A DNA stretch of 63,242 nucleotides, filler included, from Rhabdomonas costata (GCA_019059605.1; 57 parts of 57 records of this genome joined end to end with filler, not necessarily neighbours in it); one strand, 5' to 3'; counted from the first letter of the whole stretch, positions 37,409 to 50,717 are shown. A program made the numbers and translations. Notes: a model not told the origin generated them from the letters alone.

Positions 37409-40400
37409 GTTCGTGCTGCGCTGTGCCGCGACTCCCGCCTGTGTTTTGTGCATTGGTGCGTTCAAGATCAAATCGGGGGCCGATGCCTTCCGGAAAGCGG
37501 GCTAACGGTCTCATCAACCCGTGCGTTTTGCATTGTAGTATCAACCATTGGCAACCCCTCACATCTGCGGCGTCTTAACGCGGCGTTCTTTTTGGGGAGA
37601 CCTAAGTCTCCCCTGGGAACTGCAACCACGACCAGCGCGAAGCGGAATGAGTTGGGCTCTGGGCAGCGCTGAACAGCGCTTAATAGACAAGNNNNNNNNN
37701 NNNNNNNNNNNNNNNNNNNNNNNNNNNNNNNNNNNTTAATTAATTAANNNNNNNNNNNNNNNNNNNNNNNNNNNNNNNNNNNNNNNNNNNNTTTGTACGC
37801 GCAGAGACGGCACCGAGTGTGGCCCGAGCCGCGCCAACGAGGCTGCTGTAATGTGGAACAAACCGCTGACCAACGGGCAACCGGCTGGTGATTTGGTGCA
37901 GTGCCATGTTCACAAAAAGTGTCCAAGTGTCCTTCGTTGCTCCTTTCTTCGCAACCGTCCGCGCGTTGTTCCTTGAGAGCAAGCCACACATAACTCTTCG
38001 TGAACGTTGCATGTCCATATTTGGGCAGGGTCCCTGTTTCTGGAGCTTCGGGCGGAGAACTTCGGGCTTCCTTCTGCGGGACTGACGGAGAGCCCCGCTG
38101 CCCGTGAGATGAATCCCCTTGGATGGGCTCGACCCCTCAGAGGGCATCCCATTCCTCCGCGGTTGCTTCACCCGCATCAGGTCAAAGAGCGAGTGGTTTT
38201 GTTTGTCCGCATGGTTCCCCGTCCGTCCATTAGCATGTCTGATGTGTTTGAGGTAGTGGATGCGGCAGCGGATGCAGTGCCAGACACACTGGGCAGCCTG
38301 TGAAGCTTGCCTGAGGGATCGTTTTGGCATCGATTTTTGTTGACTGAAATCACCATGATACAGAAGAGTTGGTTTGGTTTTTTGTGTTTGGGCAGCGCGG
38401 GATGGAGACACTGTTTGGCACTGTTTCCCGAGTTTTCTTCTTCCTTTTGCTCCTCTCAGCCACTCACGGTGAAGGCGCTGGCGGTGGCAGGTTTGCGTGT
38501 ATCTTTGGAGGATGCGTTGCTGACTTTGGGCTCCCACTCATGGAAAAAATCCCGCTGCCACCTTTTTCTGTGGTTCCTCAGCCCATGGGTCATAAACCCA
38601 CCTCCACAATCTGGCCGACCACCACCCGTCCGACTGGCGCGCGCCAGTGGTTGGATGTGTAGAAAAAAAAGCAGGTCTTAACACAGCTGTTTTAAAGCTT
38701 GAATGTTTTTATTTGGTGTGTTATAGACAAGGTATCCTGTTGTCTCTGTTCTAGCCTTGTTCTTTTAATTGCCTTTATTCCTTTGCCCCCCCCCACCACC
38801 CCNNNNNNNNNNNNNNNNNNNNNNNNNNNNNNNNNNNNNNNNNNNNTTAATTAATTAANNNNNNNNNNNNNNNNNNNNNNNNNNNNNNNNNNNNNNNNNN
38901 NNTGTTGGGCGTGTTTGGGTTTTTTGGGAAGAACTAGGGGTTGGGTTTTTCAGTGTTTGTGTCTTTGCGTGAGTCATGTCGTGTGTGGGTTGTGCAATGC
39001 GCGGGCTGCGTCCGCGCCCTTCCCTGCCGTCCGCACTCCTCCAGGCTTGGGTGTTCTTTGGCCCGGTGATGGTAGCATGTCGCTTTCCCGCCATACTTCC
39101 GCTAACTGCGCCATGGGACCCCTGCCCATCCCCACCGGCTCGTGTGTGCCGTGTGTCAGTGAGATCTGTGAGGTAAACCCTTTACAGGTCTCACGCCCAG
39201 CTTTTCACTTTTGCCGTGCCTTCTTTCTTCTCTCTTCGTTGTGTTTGTCGGTCGCTCATTCTTCCTCTCATTCTTTCTCAATCGGTGCTCCCTGGTGGTC
39301 CCCCCGTCCTTGCGGTTCGGCCAGGCGCCCTCTTCGCGCAGTGTCTTCTGCGAGTTTTCTTTCTTAGGGTGAAGTGAAAGTGGAATCATCTCGGGTTTTC
39401 TTGCGAAGCTTCCACTTTTTCTTTTGTGCTTGTACGAGTGCATGACCCACGAATGGGCATTGCAGTACGGTTGACTCACAACCTGACTACACTGACTCCA
39501 CTTCATGCACTTAATCCACTTTAACGATGTTGCTTCTGCCAAGGTCGTTCTGTGGAGAAAAGGTGTACATACGCGAATGATTGTACATACCAATTTACAA
39601 CACATCTGTGACAAAGACTAGACCAGCATTACTTTCTGTGCTCTCTCACTCTCTGCCTTTTTAATCGGTGGTGAATTGAGAGGTTTTGAGCTTTCACATT
39701 TTTATATTTGTATGGCGTGTCCTATCGGTTCAGCCAAATTATCTTTGCCGATAATAGATCTGCTAATTGGTGGACTTTTGTGGATGCCGCGGATGCAATG
39801 TCCCAATTAGTTTTTGCCGCCACGCCAGAGAACCCTAGCATCCCCCTGATACTCTTTTTCACATCTTCTGGCAACCAAGAGATGTCCCTTAGGGGGGAAT
39901 AGCATGCAGAATNNNNNNNNNNNNNNNNNNNNNNNNNNNNNNNNNNNNNNNNNNNNTTAATTAATTAANNNNNNNNNNNNNNNNNNNNNNNNNNNNNNNN
40001 NNNNNNNNNNNNGGTGGGGGGGGGTGTTCATACTTTTATTGGCAAACGTTGCCAGTATGTTTCAGCCGTGATCGTGTAATGCACAACCGTTTTCAGCTGA
40101 AACTCAAAAAGACGAAGGTTAACGGAAATAATTGGAAGAGAGTCAGGGTGCAAGGATACCTTGTGATGCCACTGCTGTTGACTGCCAAAATGAATCGTTT
40201 TAGGAGCAGAAGTATGCTTTTCACGCTGATGAGCAAGGTAAAGTTGCGCTCGAGTATTCGTCTCGCCAGTCAAAATCATAGTGGTAGTGGTATTTAGCTA
40301 TTGATGTCATCAGCTGATGACAAACCACTGGAGCATCTCCATGAAAACAAGCGCTTCCCCTGAAATGCAAAGCAACTCCATCCAGCACGCGGTTAATCCT

Positions 40401-41343
40401 TAACTAAAAGTCATCCATTGGTGCCAGCCCCTTCCGTTTCCTGCGGACCCTCATTCCCATTCATGAGCCAGTTCAAGAGTCAACTTCTCCAGCCCGAGAA
40501 GTGAGATGATGGGAATTGAAGCGCTGGACACAGGTGAGCCTCTCAAGCTCGCACAAAGACCCTCCAAGAGGAGCGCCGGGGCCGACCAAATCGAACTAAA
40601 AATGCGCAACTGGTATTCAGTCGTGGTATCTCTGACACAACCTCCGACATACAAGATTTGTTTTACTCAATTTACTGTGCACGCAGTAGGTGCCGGAGTG
40701 CTACTGCCTGTCATACGATGGTACTATGGTATAGGATGCTCAAGTTGTTGGCGAACTTGGGAGCCTCAAGGAGCGTTGCACAATTCTTGCTCCTGAGCAT
40801 GTGCTCTTATGTCTCAGCGCTTCGTTCAAGAAAACGAGAACACCGCGAGATGCAACCGCTGTGTGGTGCCATTTTTCAACGATTGCAGTGCAACTGTATG
40901 ATCCATCCTTAAATTATCAGAGTCTATATCCACCAAGCGGCGCAAGCCAAGCTCAAGCTCAAGCTCAAGCTCGGCATAACCAAGGGTCTCTAACAGAAGT
41001 GGAGTGCGTGAAAACCCCAACACNNNNNNNNNNNNNNNNNNNNNNNNNNNNNNNNNNNNNNNNNNNNTTAATTAATTAANNNNNNNNNNNNNNNNNNNNN
41101 NNNNNNNNNNNNNNNNNNNNNNNAGACAGCCGGAGGTGTGGATAACTCAACGCACTCTTTGAATCTCCAAAGGGGATTGAAAGGAGGGGGTAGGGTGGAA
41201 GGATGGGGGCGAACAGGCCCAGCATACCTTCCTCCTTCACAAACCGACAGGCTGTCACGGCTGCGCGTACGGTAAAGTGGGACGAGTCCTCCGCCACACA
41301 GCGCCGGTAGCTGGAGTGCAGTGCGCCGACGAAAAAAATGTAG

Positions 41344-41486
41344 GTTTTCGAGCCCAAACTGAGGAAGTGCTGGGAAACGTGATTCGCAACGTTCTTTATG
41401 AGATGGCTTTACAACAACAGCAGGCTTCCATTAATGGAGATGCTCGAGGCTGTCAGGAACAACCCGCTCCTTGGGGGAGTCCATAG
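41344..41486 (+). CDS. Probable terminal exon, unknown protein (FRAQTEEVLGNVIRNVLYEMA...)
   Basis: TGTAG acceptor, open frame to TAG. Confidence 0.35.
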
Positions 41487-41830
41487 CACTATGAAAATTA
41501 ACCTGCAAACCCCAAGAGCCAACTGTTGCTGTTGAAACTTAAAATGTGCCGTTCGGCAAAACACTGTTTCAGAGGCGGAGGCCAGCGCCGGGGTGCTGCC
41601 AAAGCGGGTGGTTATGCCCCCTCCCCCTCCCGGTGCAAAAATCAGCAGCGGAGGAAGAGGAGGAGGGCGAAGCGAAGGCAGCATATGGGCTCTCACCATG
41701 TCAGGATAGGAGTGACGTGCTTGTCCCGGTAGATGTGCTGGCACAACACCGCGGCGTCGGTGTACGAGGTGGGTATTTTGCTCCCACAAGCCAGACGCTG
41801 ACACTGCGCCCCGAATGCCCCCATCCCCCG

Positions 41831-42110
41831 TTGAGTCCGTTGAGTTTACATCGGCCAGCACGGTGCCCACACACTGCTGGGTGTGAAGGGAAAACACTGG
41901 TACGGATAATGTCAGGCACGGAAACCGGCTCGAACCTATATCCCGGTCTACGCTGGCCTCCCTCATGCGTAAGGGTGAAGGGAACCCTGGCCACACCCCA
42001 AGAAGGTCTTCTCCCGTGGAACATGGGGGCCCGCAAGTAGCTTTGAAGATCAGAGTCTCGAGCAGTTGCGAAATTTATTAAGATTAAGATGATGGCTTAG
42101 AAAGGTCTGC
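41831..42110 (+). mobile_element. Repeat family A copy 2, putative tRNA-derived SINE
   Basis: Colinear with 5003-5285 including the 3' TTTGAAGA...CTCGAGCAGT.GCGAAA block. Confidence 0.65.
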
Positions 42111-42717
42111 CTCTTGCGCGGGCACACACAACACNNNNNNNNNNNNNNNNNNNNNNNNNNNNNNNNNNNNNNNNNNNNTTAATTAATTAANNNNNNNNNN
42201 NNNNNNNNNNNNNNNNNNNNNNNNNNNNNNNNNNCCCCACCCGGAAGAAGGCAAGCACAAGCGCCTTCTGGGCCATCCACGGCGCCACGGAGCCCGCAGA
42301 GGCGCCGCATAGGTTGCCTGCACACGAGTGCGATGGCAGAGTTACGGTGCAGCGCAGCCGCTATCCGTTTGCGTGGAGCTACAATAAGAAGATAGGAGCT
42401 TTACTGCTAAACTGTCTTGACGGCTGTTTTTTGAAGGGGCACTAATTACTGGAGAACCACACCACGCCGCACATCGACGGAATTGTTCCAAAATTACACT
42501 TCTCCCGAGTAGGAGTGAGGCCATTGGCTGCTGAAAGAAACACGGGGCCCGGTTTCCTCTACCCCATCAAACGGGACACATCAACAACCGAACCATTAAT
42601 TTGAATCTTTTTTGAATCTTTGTTTGCATCAATTAAAACATCAGAGAACACGGTAATCCCGGCAGAAGAAATTCCCCACCACAAAAAACCAAAACGGTAA
42701 TATCAAGCGACACAAAC

Positions 42718-42919
42718 CCCAGCTTCGCAGCACGTAGGCCACCAGCCCAGTCAGCATAAAGTGCAGCGCGGTCAGGGAGCTGACTTGAGTAAAGCCCCTC
42801 TGGAAGAGTACCTTCAGAAGAAGCACCAGCCCCACCACGAAGCCGCAGTTCGCGGCGATCAGCACCCCGTGCAGGACATTCTCGCTGGATCGGAGCGAGG
42901 CCACCATTTGGGAAACCAT
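42718..42919 (-). CDS. Nucleotide-sugar transporter (SLC35E/TPT-like) N-terminal exon
   Basis: NCGFVVGLVLLLKVLFQRGF...SLTALHFMLTGL matches the TM1-TM2 NxxxxVxxxxxxK...F...LTxxHF pattern; 5' boundary uncertain. Confidence 0.65.
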
Positions 42920-43062
42920 TGTGAGGAAGGCCAAGTAGTAGGCCAAGTAACGGCGATACAGCACACAAATAGATAATAGTCACCCACCCACAAGCACAGT
43001 CAGAGAAAGAAGAAAAGCAGTACAACAACTGAAGGAGGTCACATACACACATTTCGTGCACA

Positions 43063-43243
43063 AGGGTGTGAGTGGCTCAGGGGACACTGTGTGGATACTG
43101 TCAAACACCGGAGTCGGCTCGAATCCATTTCACGGTCTAACACGCTGGTCTCGATTTGGCGGCAGATTGAAGGCAACTCTGGCCCCACCCCAACCAGGAC
43201 TTCCCCTGTGAAACGTGGGGCTAGAAGGTGCCTCGTTGGGGAC
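43063..43243 (+). mobile_element. Repeat family A copy 3, putative tRNA-derived SINE (truncated by contig end)
   Basis: GGATACTGTCA...GGCTCGAATCCAT...CGGTCTAACACGCTGGTCTCG shared with copy 1. Confidence 0.65.
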
Positions 43244-45278
43244 ACNNNNNNNNNNNNNNNNNNNNNNNNNNNNNNNNNNNNNNNNNNNNTTAATTAATTA
43301 ANNNNNNNNNNNNNNNNNNNNNNNNNNNNNNNNNNNNNNNNNNNNGTGGGTGTGTTTGGGTGTGTGGGTTACGAGTACTTCTCGTTGACATCCCCCACGT
43401 CGCTGGGTGTGGCCTGCCCCGACGTGGGGAGAGGGGAAAGAAAGACAGTACCCCGTGAAGCACAGCGGCGTGGTTGACACTTCGCGCAGAGGCAACAGGG
43501 GTTGTTGTCAGCGGTTCAACAGTAAGTAAAGCGCGTGCACAAGAACGCACCGTTTCTATTACAAGAAGTGCACCGTGGAAAAGAAAAATCACCGGCTTTC
43601 TTGACCCTTCTATCTTTGCGGTCAGAAATCTCTTTACCCTGTGGGGGGAAAAATCTCAAAATTGAACAGGGACTTCGCGATCACAAGGAAATTTGGGTTG
43701 CGCGGAATCGTGCACAAGCTCAATGCCGGACACGACTCTTGCTGGCCATAAGCAACCTCCAACGTGAAACCCCATCCAAGAAACAAAAAAGCAGGGCAGG
43801 AAGCGACGGCATGCAGCAACACAGCACATACCGTCACGTCACTATACGAGACGCTATCCAAGCGGTCGTCGCCAGCATCCTCCCCGTCGTTCCCAGAGGG
43901 GCTGCGTCGGGAGAACAGTGCAGGGCACAAACCGGAGGCATAACCGCCCCCCCCCCCTCTTTTTTCTTTAGGAAGCGGAGAAGTACTTGCACTAAACTTT
44001 TGGAAAGCAGAATTCGGGGAGGTTTTATTTTCCCCCGGAAAATAAAACAGTGGCCCACGCGAAAACGCACTGCAGCCAACGGGAGAAAAGGCCTTTTTCT
44101 AAAGGCCTGAAAGCGTGAGACAATCGCCACCCACCAAATAATTCCAGCAGCAAAGACGTTCACAACCATGAAACAGAGGACCATCTAAAATGAAGAAGAT
44201 CCCCCCCCCCAAAAAAAGCACTCTGTGAACCTCCGAGTTCGAGCCTTCGGGGGAGGCGGCGCCGGGGACAGGTCAGGTTGCTTAGACCCTACGTTGCAGG
44301 CAAACCATTTCCACCGTGAGACTAAAGGCACCACAGCGCAGGCACAAAACAACAAANNNNNNNNNNNNNNNNNNNNNNNNNNNNNNNNNNNNNNNNNNNN
44401 TTAATTAATTAANNNNNNNNNNNNNNNNNNNNNNNNNNNNNNNNNNNNNNNNNNNNGGGTGTTGGGCCTATTTTCCGCGATAGTACTTGCACCCTTGGGA
44501 AGTCTCTGCTGCTTTTGGGGGTTAAATACAACTAAAGTGATTGATGAAATGAAGCAAGAGACCAAAACCCAAAATAACAAGGATTGTTGCGGAACTCGGC
44601 TGCAGACACCAACTCCTGTGCCTGTGCCGCAGAAATAAAAAAAGATATTAAAAAAGAATTCTGCATCTTTGTCCCCATTGTCCATTTTTACTATGGGTAT
44701 TGTCTTTAATTTGAGTTTTGTCAAGAGCTTTTCCATTCGGGTTATACATCGAGCACAAAAATCATTTTCACAGATCTCTTAGTCCACAAAAGCCCGGAAA
44801 TCGTGCACAACATAAAATTCGGGTTTGCATCGGGATACAGGGTATCCCATGCAGAATTTACCAATACGTCTTTTAAACATCGGGCCATCTGCATCTTGGG
44901 ATTTCCAACGCTTTCAACACCCTTCCGAGCAACATCACATTTCTAGAGATCCACAGCGTATCCCTGCGCTTGCCTGGTGGATTGGTGGCAGTACGCGCGG
45001 AACGTTTATCATGGCGATCATCAGCATGCTTCATCAAAGGAAGAAATTCCTGGAAGTACAAAAGCACGGTGCCGAATCTTCACGAAAGCTTTCCGGCAAC
45101 GCACATATATCGATCACAGCCTATCCGGAGACGCGCGAAGGAGGAGGGGGAGCACATCATTACTTCATGTCCGTGTGCATCCCTGCCCCTGCGCTCCTGT
45201 GCGCTCCTGCTTCCTGCCTTTTGCTTTTAATATCATAAAAAAACAGTGGTACTGATGGGGTGCAGGAGGCGCCCGTAC

Positions 45279-45436
45279 CAAAAGCCGGGTCTTCAGCTCG
45301 GGCGGAAGCGCGGGCTCACGTGGGGCGACGAACTTGCGGACGAGCATGGAGTCAATCTCCCCCCGAAGGTCGGCCAGCAGCCGCACTGCCGCGGCGGAGC
45401 AGCGCAGCTTGATCCACCCGTCCATCTCAATCGTGC
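45279..45436 (-). CDS. DEAH-box RNA helicase (DHX29/36/57-like) C-terminal exon
   Basis: IEMDGWIKL...LRGEIDSMLVRKFVAP matches DGWI...LRxxLDxLLxxKxxxP; AG/GT borders. Confidence 0.7.
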
Positions 45437-47373
45437 CTGGAGGACACCATCGACATGGGTGACTGGNNNNNNNNNNNNNNNNNNNNNNNNNNNNNNNNNN
45501 NNNNNNNNNNTTAATTAATTAANNNNNNNNNNNNNNNNNNNNNNNNNNNNNNNNNNNNNNNNNNNNTGCGACGGTCGGGGACCTCGGCGCACGCGGCGCT
45601 GGGCATCGCGCGGTGGGAAAAGGGGGCGGTGGGTCTCACTTCTCCGGAAAAAAATGAAAAGGCAAACCAGAAAAGCAGCAACAGCAGCAACAGCAGCAAC
45701 ACAGCAGGAACAGGGTCACCAGAAGAACTGGGGGAAGCGGCGACAGGAAAGTGGCAGCGGGCGGCGGTAGATCTCGTGCGCCACGACAGGACGAGGACAA
45801 TTTTCAAAAGGGTACAAAAACAAATGCACCATCTTATTATTGTCTTTGGGGTGCCATTGCTGTAAGGCTACTCGCTGTGAGGCTGTCCTTGGGGCAACCG
45901 GAAAACCGCAAGGCATCGTGAGTATGATGTCGAAAAACATCCACAGTTCAGCAGTGTGTTCCACAAAAGCAAACGATGAGGTGAATCGGGATCCGGTCGT
46001 CCCAAAACTCTCTCGCCAAAACCGAAAATACACCACACACTTGCGAGGATTCCATTGGGGCAATATGTGGATGCACTGTACCGGTAAAAGGAGGCCCAAG
46101 GTTTCTACGTGTCGTTTTACAATGGAACAAGTAAATTGCATTGCCAAAATTCTGCTGTTACTGAGGCGCAGCTAGAGAGAACTCACCACACAACGAAACA
46201 GCGAAGAAATGTTACAACATTCGCCTGCCGTTGACGCGCTTCAGAAACCCATCTGCTTACTCGCTGTTAACTGATAATACATTTGGAGCGAACCCAGGAA
46301 AAGCGGTCAGAATAAAAGCATGCACGAAGAGCATAAAACGAATAATAATGAAGAACATCCTTCTTCCCGAACATTGATATCCTCCTCCCCCAACCCATTT
46401 ACCACACAGCCAAAGTACAAGTACTAATTTAGAAAAGCAAAAGGTGGGGCACAAAAGGCCTCCTTTTGCATCCCCATCCCCTCAAGCGCGGGTATCGCGG
46501 TCCTCAACTCTCTCCTGCAGAAGGCATGGCCCCATGCGACCGTATCCCAAACTTCCACCTCCTTTCCACACCCAACNNNNNNNNNNNNNNNNNNNNNNNN
46601 NNNNNNNNNNNNNNNNNNNNTTAATTAATTAANNNNNNNNNNNNNNNNNNNNNNNNNNNNNNNNNNNNNNNNNNNNGGGTGGGGGTGGTGTGTTTGGTGG
46701 TGTGTGTCGCGGCCACGTCTCCCTATGACTTTCCATTGTCCCCCATACCCCCCTCTGCACTTTTGAGCCTCAGTCTCTCCTCAGTCTTCCGGTACAGGGT
46801 ACCGCCATATGTGCATGTTTGCAGATATTTTTAGGGCGCTTCATTTGCTTTGGCCACCTATTGGAATATTTTCGCCATGGGTTTTATTAATCCGATCGTT
46901 TGCTACAGCACCGTGACCAAGTGCATTTGTGTTGATCCACTGTTCACTCCACATTCCCGCATTCCCGCAGTTCCAGGTTTTGGGAACCGACCACGTGCCA
47001 ATTTCCAACAAAAATCAATCATTTATCTTTGAAAAGGCTGGCTCAATTTCTGGGTCGGCTTTGCTGTATTAGTTGCGAATGTGACTTTGTGAAGTCGGGG
47101 GAGTGTTGCTCTGCCCCCGCCCCTCCCAGTCGCGGCCGCAGTGTGGTTTCCGGAGTGGTGGTCAAGGTTTGACATGTGGGCATACTCTCCGATCTAGTTT
47201 TACAATTATTATCTGTTGTCGCGTCATCCATCCCTTAAAACTCCACCCGCGTGTCGTTCTCCATTGCCACACTTATGATGCGTGAGGGCTCAGTTTTAGC
47301 TCATACGGACTGATCCCTGCGGTGCCGTTTTCACCATCTCTGTGCGTTTTGGGTCTCGCCATGCTGTTCCCAG

Positions 47374-47582
47374 GGACGGTCGACGACTGTATCCGGGACA
47401 ACGTTCTCAAGGAGGAGTGCGAGAAGATGCACTTCCGGCGGCTCATCTTCGCACACACGGACATCGAGCTGGGAGACTGCAGCTATCTCGACACCTGCCG
47501 CCGCCTGAACATCTGCAAGTTCGTGCACTACCAGCTGCTGCCCAGCCGCGAGCTCTCGGAGCGCCTCAAGAGCGCCGAACCT
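47374..47582 (+). CDS. METTL3: m6A RNA methyltransferase MT-A70/METTL3/IME4, tandem CCCH zinc-finger exon
   Basis: CEKMHFRRLIFAHTDIELGDCSYLDTCRRLNICKFVHY is the METTL3/MTA zinc-finger signature. Confidence 0.9.
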
Positions 47583-48356
47583 GTGCGTGCATGCCCCGAT
47601 GCCACCGCCCTCCCAAAGTGTTACCTGAACCTGGCAAACACGCACCACCTCATCACGGAGACACCACCACAGTGTCGACCCCAAAACNNNNNNNNNNNNN
47701 NNNNNNNNNNNNNNNNNNNNNNNNNNNNNNNTTAATTAATTAANNNNNNNNNNNNNNNNNNNNNNNNNNNNNNNNNNNNNNNNNNNNTGTTGTTTTTTGT
47801 GCTTTATAGTCTTTGTTTCTTTGTGCCTAGTTTCCCCTGCAAATCTCTCGCGTTCCTTCTTGTAAATTGTTTGTTTCGTGTGTTGCACTCTTCACGAACT
47901 CTTGTACCTGTGCCGCAGTGGCGTGAAGTCATTTTCTCGTTATTTTTATTGTTATTAATTATTAGTTTTATTGAATCATTCTTGAACTCCAATGTGACTC
48001 TCATGACTCCAAAGGATGCCATGCTGTCCATTGGCACTACCCACTGAATGAGCAAAAAGACTGGGGGTTGAAAGTCCACTCAATTCACCGCCTGTGCACC
48101 AAATCCACCGCTAGCGTTTCGCAGCAGGAAGGAGTCAATACAGATCACGCGCTGAGCATCTCTCCGGTGCGAAATGCGACCCAGGGGATGCTCGCAGCCA
48201 TACTATTTTGAAGAACCCACGGTGCCAACGATGAACTCGGGCAGTGCTGGAGAGAAATTCAAGAGATGAATGTTTGCAGAACTTTCACTGAAAAAAGAAG
48301 ACAGAAGAGTACATGGAAGGGTCCTTTCAATCACTGAAGCAAAGGAAAATAAAACC

Positions 48357-48414
48357 GGAGAAAACGGGAAAGAGAGTGGGTACGGGGAGAAAATGGGAAA
48401 GAGAGTGGGTACGG
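48357..48414 (+). repeat. 29-bp tandem duplication
   Basis: GGAGAAAA(C/T)GGGAAAGAGAGTGGGTACGG x2. Confidence 0.85.
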
Positions 48415-48509
48415 GTACCGATGTGGCACCAGGATTGGAATAACAAGCAGAACTTTGATTATATTTCGTCCCTGGCCAACGAGTGACATTTTTTCTTCAT
48501 GAGTGAGAT

Positions 48510-48797
48510 TTACTGCAGCAGCCCAATCACGCTGTCGTAGTGCGGCTTGTACGCCACCGAATCCCAGGACAGGTCCAGAAGCCCAAACGTCTCCTCGTCG
48601 CCGAAGTTGACGCTAGAGCGTCCCAGGGAGGTTGTGCCGTCCAGGCACCAGTACGCGAAGTCCAGGCTCTTCTCCTTGACGTACCTCTGCAGGCACCACC
48701 AGTAGTTGTCATTCACCCCATCGCTCGTGTGCGCGATGCCGATCTCGCTGACCCACACGGGCACCTTCAGCTCATCCAGGATGAAGCCCCACCCCAC
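48510..48797 (-). CDS. Glycoside hydrolase family 5, C-terminal part
   Basis: PVWVSEIG (nucleophile Glu), DFAYW, EETFGLLDLSW; ends at TAA. Confidence 0.8.
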   Translation of the reverse strand: MGWGFILDELKVPVWVSEIGIAHTSDGVNDNYWWCLQRYVKEKSLDFAYWCLDGTTSLGRSSVNFGDEETFGLLDLSWDSVAYKPHYDSVIGLLQ

Positions 48798-49628
48798 ANN
48801 NNNNNNNNNNNNNNNNNNNNNNNNNNNNNNNNNNNNNNNNNNTTAATTAATTAANNNNNNNNNNNNNNNNNNNNNNNNNNNNNNNNNNNNNNNNNNNNGT
48901 GGTGGGTGTGGTTGGGGGTGTGTGTCGTGAGGGTCGAGAGAAATTCCCAGTAGAGAGAGTAGTCCATTTTGCAGAGGACAACGCTGGAGTACCGGGTTCT
49001 CCGACAGGACTGTGACGTCAGCTGCTTAGCGGGAGGAACAGAGATCGTTGAGCTGAGGAAGTCGGGGGGCGGAGTTGTCCCAGTTCGTCTCCCGGTGGGG
49101 CTGCGGGAAATGGCAGAATAATATTTTCCCTCGTCTTGTTTCAAACCCGCCAAAGACTTCAAAACAACAAAGTTACACGGCTGGCCTGCTTCGAAGCACA
49201 TCCTTTGGATAGTTGCCGCGACAGTTTTAGACTGCACTGGGGCCTCGGAGCGCTTCCTCTTGGTAGCTGTAACTGAACTCTGCACCAGGCCAGACTCAAC
49301 TTTGGGAGCGGCTTTGGATTTGCGCTCTGTGGTTAACAAGGGGGTGGCTCTGGCCACTTTTGGTTCGCGTCCTTGCTGTGCACTAAAACAACACTTGCTG
49401 TTCAGTCTTTTTGCGCACCTTCTCCAAATCTGTGGAAGACTTCAAAGCAAAGCAAGTCTCCACACCAACTCTTCATAAACAGCGCTTATTTTATTACCTC
49501 CTGTTAATATTTTTAACAGCAAAAAGAAACCCGGTTGGAGACGCCACTCCAAACTTTGCCAGCTTCCCCATGACAAGCTTTGAACTTCCACGTCCACAGG
49601 ATCGCTCCCTTGCACACAAAGCTTGTAG

Positions 49629-49856
<228 letters not shown>

Positions 49857-50717
49857 TAAGGTCAGGAATTTCACATCCTAAGTCACCCCTCCTAGGGGAA
49901 CACAAACACNNNNNNNNNNNNNNNNNNNNNNNNNNNNNNNNNNNNNNNNNNNNTTAATTAATTAANNNNNNNNNNNNNNNNNNNNNNNNNNNNNNNNNNN
50001 NNNNNNNNNAGTAACTAACCACTGTAAAATCCAAGGAGACGCCGCAGAGAACGGAAGGCGAGCACTGAGGTGCAGAGAGATCACAGGTGTTGGTGTACAT
50101 ACGCGACACGAGAGGGTGTGTTGCATAGAGCCAGACGAGGGATTTGGTACGGTACAACAGGTTGTTGTTCACCGTGGAAGTCACGAGCACTGCATATATT
50201 TTCCGCGCCGTTGTGGTTTGTGGATATGCTATACCACGGTACATGGAAGTAACACAGCCTTTTGTAGCCCACACCGAGTGTTCACGGCATCTCTTGTTGG
50301 ATGGGGACAAGGAGGGGGGCTTTTGCGAGGGCCCGGTTTGCAATGGGAAAACCGTATCCATAGTGTACTTTTCGTCGTGGTGGCTCTGCGGCGCCCTGTA
50401 CAGCCCCTGTGCTCTGTCCTTTGTGGGGAGCTTCTTTTGTTTGTGGGCGTCTGTGGGGTGAGCCCCCGTGGAGGGGCTACCGCTTTGGAACCTGTGTTTG
50501 TCGTTGCTGTGCGCTTCCACCGGAAATTCTGCTGCTTAAGGGAACAGGAAATCAACTTGCAATCAAAAAAGAGCTTTGAAAGAAAATTGGATTGTCATGA
50601 TGCTGCACCCCATCCCACCCCCGCTCGGCCAGGTGGCGATGCACACTTTTCAGGGGACTGTGTTAATTTGCAGGCAGGGATTAGGAGCACGGTAGAAAGG
50701 AGACTTTTGTCATTTGG

